A stretch of DNA of 64,000 nt from Alphaproteobacteria bacterium (GTDB taxonomy: Bacteria > Pseudomonadota > Alphaproteobacteria > JAAXGF01): contig CAUVXB020000002.1 in NCBI GenBank assembly GCA_963555825.3, positions 1,856,001 through 1,920,000 on the forward strand, read 5' to 3'. The first letter of the stretch is position 1. Every line of letters begins with the position of its first letter. The position numbers were made by a program, and so were the translations under genes. Below are positions 54,729 to 63,775 of the stretch, piece after piece. The notes under the pieces were generated by a model, which saw nothing but the letters and a program-made list of their open reading frames with translations, searched no databases and was not told the origin of the DNA.

Positions 54729-54874
54729 GGTGGAGACCAGCCCCTGTATGACGCTTCCACCAAATGAAGGGTTTTCAGCCCGGAAAGGTCAAACCCCGTC
54801 TGACGCTGACGACTACAAGGGCGCTCCGGGTAAATTCGAGAAATACTTCAGCCTGGAAGCAGGGAGCACGGGCT
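54729..54874 (+). ncRNA. Rod-like structured RNA candidate resembling an IS110-family left end (bridge RNA)
   Basis: Nested pairs AGCCC/GGGCT, GCTTCCA/TGGAAGC, TGAAG/CTTCA, CCCGGA/TCCGGG and CGTC/GACG with internal loops; family similarity is from recall. Confidence 0.5.
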
Positions 54875-54887
54875 AAGGGGATGACGC

Positions 54888-55125
54888 CTACCGATAGCGC
54901 AAATTCTCTCGGCTGAGGTCCGACACTTTCGTCACTCCCATCAGCTTCATGTCGCGCTCGATCTCCGTCCGCATATTGCCCAGCGCCATCTCGACCCCCG
55001 ACAGCAGCGAGCGCGTAGAGATACATGCGACCGCCGGAGCAGGCCTTGGCGCCCGCCGCGAGCGCCTTCAGCACATGGGTGCCGCGCCGGATTCCGCCGT
55101 CACAGATCACGTCCAGCTTGTCGTC
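54888..55125 (-). pseudogene. C-terminal fragment of an FMN-dependent alpha-hydroxy acid (L-lactate) dehydrogenase
   Basis: CDGGIRRGTHVLKALA.GA...GR motif, then a frameshift to EIERDMKLMG...LRYR*. Confidence 0.8.
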
Positions 55126-55572
55126 GCCGGCGCGCCGCGGGTCGCGGGGTCACTTCCGATATTTCTTTCCGGTGTCGGTCAAGCCGCGATCGGCCTCCAA
55201 GGCGGCTTCGATATGGACGCAGGAAGCCTCCGCGTCGCGGAACGCCATGAGTTTTTCGATCGGAAACTCAACCGCGCCAATATTCGTCCGGTCCTTCAGG
55301 CGGTCTTTCTTGTAGTTGTGCTTCTTGCTTGTCATCGCACCCTCCAATCCGATGCCCCTCCAATCCGATACAATGAGTATACCCACATGGCCTTCCCGAC
55401 GATAGGACGGCAAGGCATTCACAGACCTCAAGCGGAAATTGCCTAATCTCTGCAATTGGTTATCAGTGGCCATAAAGCCATTCGGGCGCCGGCGTCGGCA
55501 CCGGCGTCGAGGTATTGGTCTCGTGGCTCATCATGGCAACATGCCCCAGGTCCGCTTTGGTCAACGGCCCGC

Positions 55573-56814
55573 CTACCGCGTCATGGCGACGATCTCGATT
55601 TCGGTCATCAGGCCTTCGAGCGCGAGATAGGGCAGCGGCACGCCGGTCGCGGCGCCCGCCGGCTCGGTGTAGTAGGACGAGCGCTGCACCTGGACGGGCA
55701 CGATGACCTCGCGCCCCGCCGCGCCGGCGTAGAAACCGTTCTGCTTGACCATGTCGTCGAAGCCGAGGCCGAATTCGGCGAGCACGCCCTGGATGTACTC
55801 CATGGTGCGCTTGGTCTGGGCGACCAGATCACCCGGCAACAGCACCGCGCCGTGCTGATCGAGCGCCACCTGGCCGCCGACGACGACGATGTCGCGGCAT
55901 TTGACGCCCATCTTGTAGGGCATCGGCACCGGCCAGTCCCAGGTGCCCTCGGGCCAGGCATGCTGGCGCGGAATATAGGCGCCGTCGGCGCCGCGCATTG
56001 CCCAGAGTTCCATGCGAGTCATCTCGCCGGCCGGCAGGTTGGGCGTCGGCAACGCGGTCGCGCCGGGGCCGGGCTCGGTGAAATAGCTGGCGCGCAGCAC
56101 CGCCGCGTCCTGCCAGGTCTCGCGCGTGCCGTCGCCGTTGAACCAGATGTTGAACTTGATGGCGTCGTCGAAGTCAGCGCCGAATTCGTCGAGCACGCTC
56201 GCGATGCCCGCCATCGCCATCCTGGTCTGCGGCAGGATGGCGCCGGCGTCCGTGATGGCGCCGTCAGGTGTCCGCGCCGATTGGCCGGCGACCCAGATAT
56301 GCTCGCCGCAGCGCAGGCCCTGGCTGAACGGCGCGGGCAGCGGCGCCAGGATCGACGGGTTGGCCGCGCTGCGCTCGAGATGCGCGCCGTCGACGCCGAG
56401 CATGGCGATGGCCTCGATCTCGACCAGCATCTCGGGATAGGCGAGCCACGGCAGCGGCACCGCGGTGATCGCCGGCCCGACGCCGCCGGGCGCGCCGCCC
56501 AGCGCGATGACGTGGCGGCCGACGTCGGCCAGGAAGGCGCGCTCGTCGACGCTGCCGTCGTTGGCGTAGAAGGCAACCAGCTTGGTGACATCGCCGAGAC
56601 CGGCGCCGAAACCCTCGAGCACGGTGTCGATGTGGCCGACGACGGTCGCGGTCTGCGCCGCCAAATCGTAAGGGTTGAGCCGCTCTCCCGCCGCGTCCTT
56701 GTCGACCTGGCCGCCGACGAAGATCATCTCGCCGGCGCGCACGCCGTGCTTGTAGGCCAGGTGCTCGGGCCAGTCCCAGTGGCCATCGGGCCAGACGAAG
56801 CTGCGGTCCGCCAT
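55573..56814 (-). CDS. RidA/YjgF-family protein with three tandem domains
   Basis: Three repeats of G....(V/A)GQ...QT...M(x)E(I/L) such as VGGQV, VAGQS and MTEIE. Confidence 0.85.
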   Translation of the reverse strand: MADRSFVWPDGHWDWPEHLAYKHGVRAGEMIFVGGQVDKDAAGERLNPYDLAAQTATVVGHIDTVLEGFGAGLGDVTKLVAFYANDGSVDERAFLADVGRHVIALGGAPGGVGPAITAVPLPWLAYPEMLVEIEAIAMLGVDGAHLERSAANPSILAPLPAPFSQGLRCGEHIWVAGQSARTPDGAITDAGAILPQTRMAMAGIASVLDEFGADFDDAIKFNIWFNGDGTRETWQDAAVLRASYFTEPGPGATALPTPNLPAGEMTRMELWAMRGADGAYIPRQHAWPEGTWDWPVPMPYKMGVKCRDIVVVGGQVALDQHGAVLLPGDLVAQTKRTMEYIQGVLAEFGLGFDDMVKQNGFYAGAAGREVIVPVQVQRSSYYTEPAGAATGVPLPYLALEGLMTEIEIVAMTR

Positions 56815-56832
56815 GACGCTCTCCCTTGTTCG

Positions 56833-57009
56833 CTAGACCATTGTCCGGTCATCTTTACGCGGTAAAGATGACCTGCGCTCACTCGCCGCGCATGCCACTC
56901 TTATGGGATCGAGGGTGGCCGAACGGTCGGCGGCCCCCCTCTTGTCCCAGTAAGGTTGGCGCGGGCTGGCAGGTTTCGACCGATGCCAATCGATCGGATT
57001 CTGCATTAG
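56833..57009 (+). repeat. Modular palindromic intergenic repeat, copy 7
   Basis: Starts with CTAG, contains the GGTCATCTTTAC/GTAAAGATGACC hairpin, ends with TTAG. Confidence 0.82.
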
Positions 57010-57296
57010 TCACAGCTATACACCCGGGCGCCGCGCCGGGCCATGGCGCCGCACCGTCGGACGGGCGCGGTTTCTCGTTTTGATGCGCTAAACAGACCCC
57101 CGGGACAACCCACCGACGCTTTTCCGAGAGCCCTGGGACATTTTTCCTGGGAATAGACAACTCATTGAAATGGAGTGATTAATTGCCTTCAGGAACGACC
57201 ATCGGCGGCGCCAAGAGCGCGCCGTCGTCGAATCGCCGAAGTAATGGATGCTTGACAGCCCGGGGCCGCATCACCAGACTCCCGCGGCTGTCCAGA

Positions 57297-57400
57297 GACA
57301 AAGGGGCCAACACGGGTTATGCGGACCCATGTTGGCCCAGTCAGGGAGGACACGCCAAAATGATCCGGGGGGTCGATGCGGATGGTCGTTGACCCCCCTA
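57297..57400 (-). ncRNA. Putative suhB/MmgR-like small RNA
   Basis: Minus strand: hairpin, unpaired GUCCUCCCUGACU, then a GC hairpin GGGCCAACA../..UGUUGGCCC followed by UUUGU. Confidence 0.55.
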
Positions 57401-57850
57401 ATCATTACAGTGACTTAACACGACGTTCTTTACAAATTAAGTAAAGAATCGCCCGCATCTTCACTATTTTGCGTCGTCCAAAGCCGGTCGATTTCGCGCA
57501 TCGGCGGGCGGTCGCGCGGTGATCTCGCGCGCGCCGGAACGGGCTTGACGCCGACCCGCCCGGATCGATTGTTTCCTTCTATGTCAGTTACTTAGTCGAG
57601 GCTCGACGCATCGGCTTCGGTGCCGGCCGACGGATCCATCGAGGTCCACTGCCCGCCGCCTCAGCCGTGGCGAGACCGTCCCGGACGCCCCGGCGGCGAA
57701 TAAAAATTATCGGGCCGCACCGAGCGCCGCCCACCGGATCGTCTGGCCGGCATCGCAGGCGCCGGGGACGCCGGCCGCCGGATGGCGGAAAAACTGGCCA
57801 ATTCTGGAAATTTTTCATGAATTATCAACGACTTACCGGGACGGTAAGAC

Positions 57851-57925
57851 TGGTTGGGGCGGCAGGGATCGAACCTGCGAATGCCGGTACCAAAAACCGG
57901 TGCCTTACCACTTGGCTACGCCCCA
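57851..57925 (-). tRNA. tRNA-Gln (anticodon TTG)
   Basis: TGGGGCGTAGCCAAGTGGTAAGGC-ACCGGT-TTTTGGT-ACCGG...GGTTCGATCC...CCA. Confidence 0.95.
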
Positions 57926-58228
57926 TCCATGGCGCCCTCGCCGGCGCCGCGATCATGCCCGCAAACCGCCGCCATTCGCAAGCCTTCACTCGATCGGTCC
58001 GCGGCCCCGCCACCGCCATGCCGCGGGACAGCGTGAACGATGCTGCTCTAGCGAGATATTGTGCGATGCACTCTGTTTTCATTGCACCGCATCATTATTC
58101 TACTATTTAGTTCTTGAACTCGCTGATAAAATTGATAAAACAATTGTATTGCACCGCAATAGTAAATGAGCGGGGATGGCGCTGCCGCGCCCGATGCTGG
58201 ACTACCGATTGACCTGGAGAGCAGAGAG

Positions 58229-58315
58229 ATGAACGTCATTAAGCAGCACAAAGCCGCTGTCGTCCTCGTTAGCGCCTTCGCCATCATGATCGTCATCAGG
58301 GTGCTCACCTCCTGA
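58229..58315 (+). CDS. Putative 28-aa membrane peptide
   Basis: MNVIKQHKAAVVLVSAFAIMIVIRVLTS preceded by a GGAGAG RBS. Confidence 0.45.
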   Translation: MNVIKQHKAAVVLVSAFAIMIVIRVLTS

Positions 58316-58397
58316 GCCCCAACGCACCCCTTCGACCGACGCCCGGCCGCGCCTCGCTGCCGGGCATCGTCGTTTTGGGCGCGGCGTTGGCACGCCG

Positions 58398-58537
58398 CTA
58401 GAGCATAATCCGACCGATTCGAATCGGCCGGATTATGCCAGCCCGCGACTGCGGGCCGCCGACCGTTCGGCGAGAGCCTGCGCGGCGAATGAGCGCCGGT
58501 CATCTTTACTGCGTAAAGATGACCGGACGATACCCTA
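58398..58537 (-). repeat. Modular palindromic intergenic repeat, copy 8
   Basis: CTAGAGCATAATCCGACCGATTCGAATCGGCCGGATTATGC...GGTCATCTTTAC/GTAAAGATGACC; the other end coincides with the manC TAG stop. Confidence 0.82.
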
Positions 58538-59962
58538 TTCCACCCGGCCGTAGGCGTCGTCGAAGCGTGTGATGTCGTCCTCGCCGAGATAACCACCGCA
58601 CTGGACCTCGACGATCTTTAGCGGCACCTTGCCCGGGTTCTCCAGGCGGTGGCGCGCGCCGATCGGTATATACGTCGATTCGTTCTCGCTCAACAGCCGC
58701 TCATCGTCGTCGCAGGTGATGCGCGCGGTGCCCTCGATGACGACCCAGTGCTCGCTGCGGTGATGGTGCATCTGTAGCGACAGTCGGGCGCCCGGATTGA
58801 CCGTAAGTTCCTTGATCTTGAAGCGCGGCCCGGCGAGCAGCACGGCAAACGCGCCCCACGGCCGGCGCTCGGTGAGATGGGCGGTGGCCTCGTTGCGCCC
58901 GGCCGCCTTGAGCCGCTCGACGATCGCCTTGATCCCGTCGGTGTCGTTACGATCGGCGACCAACACCGCGTCGGCGGTCTCGATGACCACCAAGTCCTCG
59001 ACGCCGGCGCAGGCGACCAGCCGGCCGTCGGCGCGCACCACCGAGCCGCGCGCGTTCTCGAGCAACACGTCGCCGCGCACGGCGTTGCCGTCAGCGTCCT
59101 TATCGCTGATCTCCCATAGGCGGTGCCATGAGCCGACGTCGGACCAGCCGATGTCAACGGGGATGACCGCGAGCGCGTCCGAGCGCTCCATCACGGCCGT
59201 GTCGATCGGCACGGAAGGCACCTTGCGATAGGTCTCGGCCGGCACGCGGTAGGGCGCCGCCGCGATGTCGGCGCCGGCCATCGCGGCGCGCACCGCGTCG
59301 AGCACCTCGGGCGCGGCGCGGGCCAATTCGTCGAGGATGGCCGACGCCTTGAACACGAACATGCCCGAGTTCCAATAGCAGTCGCCGGCGTCGATCAGAC
59401 GCGCGGCCTCGGCCGCGGGCGGCTTCTCGATGAAGCTCGCGACGTGGTAGGCGCCGTCGACGCCGTCGAGCGCCTCGCCGGCCCTGACGTAGCCCAAGCC
59501 GCTGTCGGGTCCGGTCGGCTCGATGCCGAAGGTGGCCAGCATGTCCCGCTCGGCCGCAATGCGCGCCGTCGCCACCGCTTCCGATAGTCGCTCGGGATGA
59601 CGGATCGCGTGGTCGGCCGGCGCGACCCAGAGCACCGGGTCGTCGAAACGCGCTTGCGTATAGAGTGCGGCGAGCGCGACCGCAGCCGCGGTGTTGCGCC
59701 CGCCCGGCTCGGCGATGACGTGGTTCGCGAGACCCGCGTCGATGTCGCCGAGCTGGTCGAGCACCGGGAAATACTGGGCCTCGGTGGTCACGGTCACGAC
59801 CTGGCCGGCCGGCGCGACGGCGAGCGCGCGGTGCGCGGCGAGCTCGAGCAGCGAGCCCTCGCCGGTCAGGTCCAGGAGTTGCTTGGGATAGATTTCGCGA
59901 CTCGTCGGCCACAGGCGTGAGCCGACGCCGCCCGCCAGAAGCACCGGTACCAGTGTCGTCAT
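58535..59962 (-). CDS. manC: Mannose-1-phosphate guanylyltransferase / mannose-6-phosphate isomerase
   Basis: LAGGVGSRLWP.SR..PKQ, WNSGMF, WSDVGSW and cupin LSLQMHHHRSEHW motifs. Confidence 0.95.
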   Translation of the reverse strand: MTTLVPVLLAGGVGSRLWPTSREIYPKQLLDLTGEGSLLELAAHRALAVAPAGQVVTVTTEAQYFPVLDQLGDIDAGLANHVIAEPGGRNTAAAVALAALYTQARFDDPVLWVAPADHAIRHPERLSEAVATARIAAERDMLATFGIEPTGPDSGLGYVRAGEALDGVDGAYHVASFIEKPPAAEAARLIDAGDCYWNSGMFVFKASAILDELARAAPEVLDAVRAAMAGADIAAAPYRVPAETYRKVPSVPIDTAVMERSDALAVIPVDIGWSDVGSWHRLWEISDKDADGNAVRGDVLLENARGSVVRADGRLVACAGVEDLVVIETADAVLVADRNDTDGIKAIVERLKAAGRNEATAHLTERRPWGAFAVLLAGPRFKIKELTVNPGARLSLQMHHHRSEHWVVIEGTARITCDDDERLLSENESTYIPIGARHRLENPGKVPLKIVEVQCGGYLGEDDITRFDDAYGRVE

Positions 59963-60173
59963 GCGCGCCCTTTCCGCCGCCCGGCGGCGCGGCCGGGAAT
60001 CGGCCGCACGCCGGGGCGCCCCGGCCTTATCGCAAGCCACTCCCCGAGGGTCAAGGGCCAAGCCGGCGGTGGCGCCGCTGTTCATGCTGCGCTGCAAAAG
60101 GGCGTTGCCAGATTCGCGCGCAGGGTTCAAAGTGGCGTCGCAGCCAAATCCCGAACACAAGCGACCGTGCATC

Positions 60174-61115
60174 ATGGCCTCGACCAAGGTACCTGTTTCC
60201 GTCCGCGATCACGGGCTCGCCGCGTATCTCGACGAGGTCCGCAAATACCCGATCCTCGAGCCGGACGAGGAATACATGCTGGCCAAGCGCTGGCAGGAGC
60301 ACGGCGACTCCGAGGCGGCGCGCCAGCTGATCACCAGTCATCTGCGCCTGGTCGCCAAGATCGCGCTCGGCTACCGCGGCTACGGATTGCCGCTCGACGA
60401 CGTCATATCGGAGGGCAACGTCGGCCTGATGAAGGCGGTCAAACGCTTCGACGCGGAGCGCGGCTTCCGGCTCTCGACCTACGCCATGTGGTGGATCCGC
60501 GCATCGATCCAGGAATACGTCTTGCGCTCGTGGTCGTTGGTCAAGACCGGCACCACGGCGGCGCAGAAGAAGCTGTTCTTCAACCTGCGCAAGATCAAGG
60601 GCCATATCCAGGCGATCGACGACGGCACCCTGCCGCACGACGCGGTCAAGCAAATCGCCGAGCGGCTCGACGTGCCCGAACAAGACGTCATCGAGATGAA
60701 CCAGCGGCTCAGCGTCGCCGACCAGTCGCTCAACGCGCCGCTCAAGGAAGAAGGCGACGCCGAGTGGCAGGACCGGCTGGTCGAGCCGTCGAGCGACCAG
60801 GAAACGGTGTTCGCCGAGGCCGAGGAGCTCGGCATGCGGCGCGAGCTGTTGAACGACGCGATCGAGGTGCTCGACGCGCGCGAGCGCCGTATCTTCGTCG
60901 AGCGCTGCCTGACCGAGGACCCGATGACCCTCGAAGAACTCAGCCAGGAGTACGGCGTCAGCCGCGAACGCGTGCGCCAGATCGAGGTGCGCGCCTTCGA
61001 GAAGGTCCAGGCGCATATGCTCAACGCGGCGATCACCGCAGGCATCGCCGACCGCGAACGGCTGATCGAATGGCGCAGCAAGGGCCGACATGGCGGCGCC
61101 GCAGGGGCGCCGTAA
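60174..61115 (+). CDS. rpoH: RNA polymerase sigma-32 factor RpoH
   Basis: SHLRLVAKIA.GYRGYG, STYAMWWIRA, QKKLFFNLRK and VSRERVRQIE motifs. Confidence 0.92.
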   Translation: MASTKVPVSVRDHGLAAYLDEVRKYPILEPDEEYMLAKRWQEHGDSEAARQLITSHLRLVAKIALGYRGYGLPLDDVISEGNVGLMKAVKRFDAERGFRLSTYAMWWIRASIQEYVLRSWSLVKTGTTAAQKKLFFNLRKIKGHIQAIDDGTLPHDAVKQIAERLDVPEQDVIEMNQRLSVADQSLNAPLKEEGDAEWQDRLVEPSSDQETVFAEAEELGMRRELLNDAIEVLDARERRIFVERCLTEDPMTLEELSQEYGVSRERVRQIEVRAFEKVQAHMLNAAITAGIADRERLIEWRSKGRHGGAAGAP

Positions 61116-62046
61116 GGCGCCGGCCGGCGCCGCGCCCGATTGGCTCGCCGGCCTGTTCGCCGGCGACCGCGCGGCGCTGTCGCGCGCCATCACCGCGGTC
61201 GAGAACGGCACCGGCGAGGCGGCCGGCGTGGTCGCCGCAATCCACCCACACCTGGGCCACGCCAAGGTCGTCGGCATCACCGGCGCGCCCGGCGTCGGCA
61301 AATCGACGCTGACCGGCGCCTATGTCGCCGAGCTCCGGCGCCGGGAACTGCGCGTCGGCGTCGTCGCGGTCGACCCGTCGAGCCCGTTGACCGGCGGCGC
61401 AATGCTGGGCGACCGCATTCGCATGACCGTGCATGGTTCCGACCCCGGGGTCTTCGTCCGCAGCGTCGCGGCGCGCGGCCATCTGGGTGGCCTGTCGCGC
61501 ACGACGGCGCGCGTCATCGACGTGATGGATGCCGCCGGCAAGGACGTCGTCATCGTCGAGACCGTCGGCGCCGGCCAGTCCGAGGTCGAGATCGCCGGCC
61601 TGGCCGACGTCAACCTGGTGGTCTCGGCTCCCGGGCTGGGCGACGACGTCCAGGCAATCAAGGCGGGCATCCTCGAAATCGCCGACATCTTGGTCGTCAA
61701 CAAGGCCGACCAGCCGCTCGCCGAGCGTACCGCGCGCCAGCTCGAACGGCTCGCCGGTCAGGCCACCGTGCTGCGCACCGTGGCGACCAGCGGCGCCGGC
61801 ATCGCCGAACTCGCCGATGCGATCACCGCGCGTTGGGTCGACGGCGCTGGCGGTCGCCGTGCGAGCCCCCGGCGACGCGCCCGGCGGCTTATCGTCGCGG
61901 CGGCGGCCGACCGCGTGCGGACCGCGCTCGAGGCGCTCGACGACAAGGCGATCGAAGCGCTATGCGACGCCGTGCTCGATGGCTCGCTCGACATCGACGA
62001 GGCGGCCCAGCGTGGCCTCGAGCTGATCGCCAAGAACGGCCGATGA
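61090..62046 (+). CDS. meaB: MeaB/ArgK-family GTPase
   Basis: GITGAPGVGKST, VDPSSP.TGG.MLGDRIRM, ETVGAGQSE and VNKAD motifs. Confidence 0.9.
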   Translation: MAAPQGRRKAPAGAAPDWLAGLFAGDRAALSRAITAVENGTGEAAGVVAAIHPHLGHAKVVGITGAPGVGKSTLTGAYVAELRRRELRVGVVAVDPSSPLTGGAMLGDRIRMTVHGSDPGVFVRSVAARGHLGGLSRTTARVIDVMDAAGKDVVIVETVGAGQSEVEIAGLADVNLVVSAPGLGDDVQAIKAGILEIADILVVNKADQPLAERTARQLERLAGQATVLRTVATSGAGIAELADAITARWVDGAGGRRASPRRRARRLIVAAAADRVRTALEALDDKAIEALCDAVLDGSLDIDEAAQRGLELIAKNGR

Positions 62047-62657
62047 TCCTGGTCGGCCAGAACGATTCGCCCTTCGTGCGCCGCGTCGCGGTAACCATGC
62101 GGCACTATGGCATGGCGTATGAGCGCAAGCCGTTATCTGTCTTCGCCGATTATGACGCGGTGCGCGCGCTCCACCCTATGGGACGCGTGCCGATTCTGGT
62201 GCTCGACGACGGTGAGACGTTGGCCGACAGCGCGGCGATCCTCGATTACCTCGACGAGACCGTCGGGCCGGAACGCGCGCTGACGCCGGCGAGCGGCCCC
62301 GGGCGCCGCCGCGTGCTCGGCCTCGCGACCCTGGCGGCGGCGGGTTGCGAGAAGAGCGCCGCGCTGGTCTACGAGCGCGAGAAGCGGCCGGCCGACAAGG
62401 TGTGGGACGACTGGGCCGCCCGGCTCGAGGGCCAGATCGCCGCCGTGCTAACGCATCTCGACGGGCTCGATCCCGCGCCCTGGCTCGCCGGACCGGCGAT
62501 GACCCAGGCCGACGTCGGCGCGGCGGTGCTGCACCGCTTCCTCGGCTACTACCACCCGCATCTCGCACCGGCCGGGCGTTATCCGACGCTCGACGCCCTC
62601 GCCGCCCGCTGCGAGGCGCTGCCGGCGTTTCAGGCCGTGCCTTTCGTCGAAGGCTGA
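62043..62657 (+). CDS. Glutathione S-transferase family protein
   Basis: SPFVRRV, HPMGRVPIL and DSAAILDYLD motifs. Confidence 0.9.
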   Translation: MILVGQNDSPFVRRVAVTMRHYGMAYERKPLSVFADYDAVRALHPMGRVPILVLDDGETLADSAAILDYLDETVGPERALTPASGPGRRRVLGLATLAAAGCEKSAALVYEREKRPADKVWDDWAARLEGQIAAVLTHLDGLDPAPWLAGPAMTQADVGAAVLHRFLGYYHPHLAPAGRYPTLDALAARCEALPAFQAVPFVEG

Positions 62658-62664
62658 CAACGCC

Positions 62665-63264
62665 GTGGCCCGGAAACCCACCGACCCGCTCGCCGCGCTC
62701 ATTGCAGAGGTGCGCGCCTGCCGGGTCTGCGAAGCACATCTGCCGCTCGGGCCACGCCCAATACTGAGTGCTGAGGCGGGTGCGCGCCTGATGATCATCG
62801 GCCAGGCGCCGGGCACGCGGGTGCATGAATCGGGCGTGCCGTGGGACGACGCCTCGGGCGACCGGCTGCGCGACTGGCTGGCGATCGAGCGCGACGTCTT
62901 CTATGACGCCGGCCGCGTCGCCATCGTGCCGATGGGTTTTTGCTATCCGGGGCGCGACAAGAACGGCGGCGATGCGCCGCCCAGGCCGGAATGCGCACCG
63001 CTGTGGCATGCGCGGTTGCGCGCCGAGCTGCCCAACATCGCGCTGACTCTGCTCGTCGGGCGCTACGCCCAAGTGCAATATTTGGGCCGCGCCGCGGGCA
63101 AGAGCGTAGTCGAGACGGTGCGCGCCTGGCGCGATCACATGCCCGCCTATCTGCCGCTGCCGCACCCGTCGTGGCGGACCCGGTCGTGGGCCAAGAAGAA
63201 CCCGTGGTTCGAGACCGAGGTCATCCCCGCGCTGCGCGCCGAGCTGCGCCGGCTGCTCGGCTGA
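62665..63264 (+). CDS. Uracil-DNA glycosylase family protein (4Fe-4S type)
   Basis: CRVC, IGQAPG, GFCYPG, PPRPEC and LPHPSW motifs. Confidence 0.9.
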   Translation: MARKPTDPLAALIAEVRACRVCEAHLPLGPRPILSAEAGARLMIIGQAPGTRVHESGVPWDDASGDRLRDWLAIERDVFYDAGRVAIVPMGFCYPGRDKNGGDAPPRPECAPLWHARLRAELPNIALTLLVGRYAQVQYLGRAAGKSVVETVRAWRDHMPAYLPLPHPSWRTRSWAKKNPWFETEVIPALRAELRRLLG

Positions 63265-63268
63265 CACC

Positions 63269-63775
63269 ATGCCGGTGCTCGACGATGTCCTGGCGCCGGG
63301 CTTGCGCGCCGTCATCTGCGGCTCGGCGGCGAGCGCCGCCTCGGCGCGCGCCGGCGCCTATTACGCCAACCCACAGAACCGTTTCTGGCGCACGCTCCGC
63401 GAGGTCGGGCTGACGCCGCGCGAGCTGGCGCCGACCGAGTTCCGACATCTGATCGACCACGGCGTCGGCCTGACCGATCTCGCCAAGGAGGAGTCGGGCG
63501 CCGACCGGACGCTTTCGCGATCAGCCTACGATGTCGATGGCTTGGCCGCGCGGATGGCGCCGCTGACGCCTGGCGCGCTGGCCTTCAACGGCAAGACACC
63601 GGCCAAGGCCTTCTTCGGCGAGGCTGGCTTGACGTATGGCCGGCAGGCGCATGGGCTCGGCGCGATCCCGGTCTTCGTGCTACCGTCGACCTCGCCCGCG
63701 GCGCGGCGTTATTGGGACATCGCGCCGTGGCACGAATTTGCGGATTTTGTCAAAGGAATCAAAGCCGAGCGATGA
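63269..63775 (+). CDS. mug: Mismatch-specific uracil/thymine DNA glycosylase (MUG family)
   Basis: YYANPQNRFW, GLTDL, FNGK and LPSTS motifs. Confidence 0.82.
   Translation: MPVLDDVLAPGLRAVICGSAASAASARAGAYYANPQNRFWRTLREVGLTPRELAPTEFRHLIDHGVGLTDLAKEESGADRTLSRSAYDVDGLAARMAPLTPGALAFNGKTPAKAFFGEAGLTYGRQAHGLGAIPVFVLPSTSPAARRYWDIAPWHEFADFVKGIKAER

Noticed and set aside
54729-54874. 6S RNA, tmRNA or riboswitch
   Set aside because: Lacks the zapA/ygfA context of 6S and tRNA-like ends, and there is no downstream gene for a riboswitch; not formally excluded without an Rfam search
44043-55450. Prophage or intact integrative element
   Set aside because: No integrase, phage or conjugation genes and no distal att repeat found
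57588-58169. Short ORFs around tRNA-Gln
   Set aside because: They overlap the tRNA or lack an RBS and recognisable motifs
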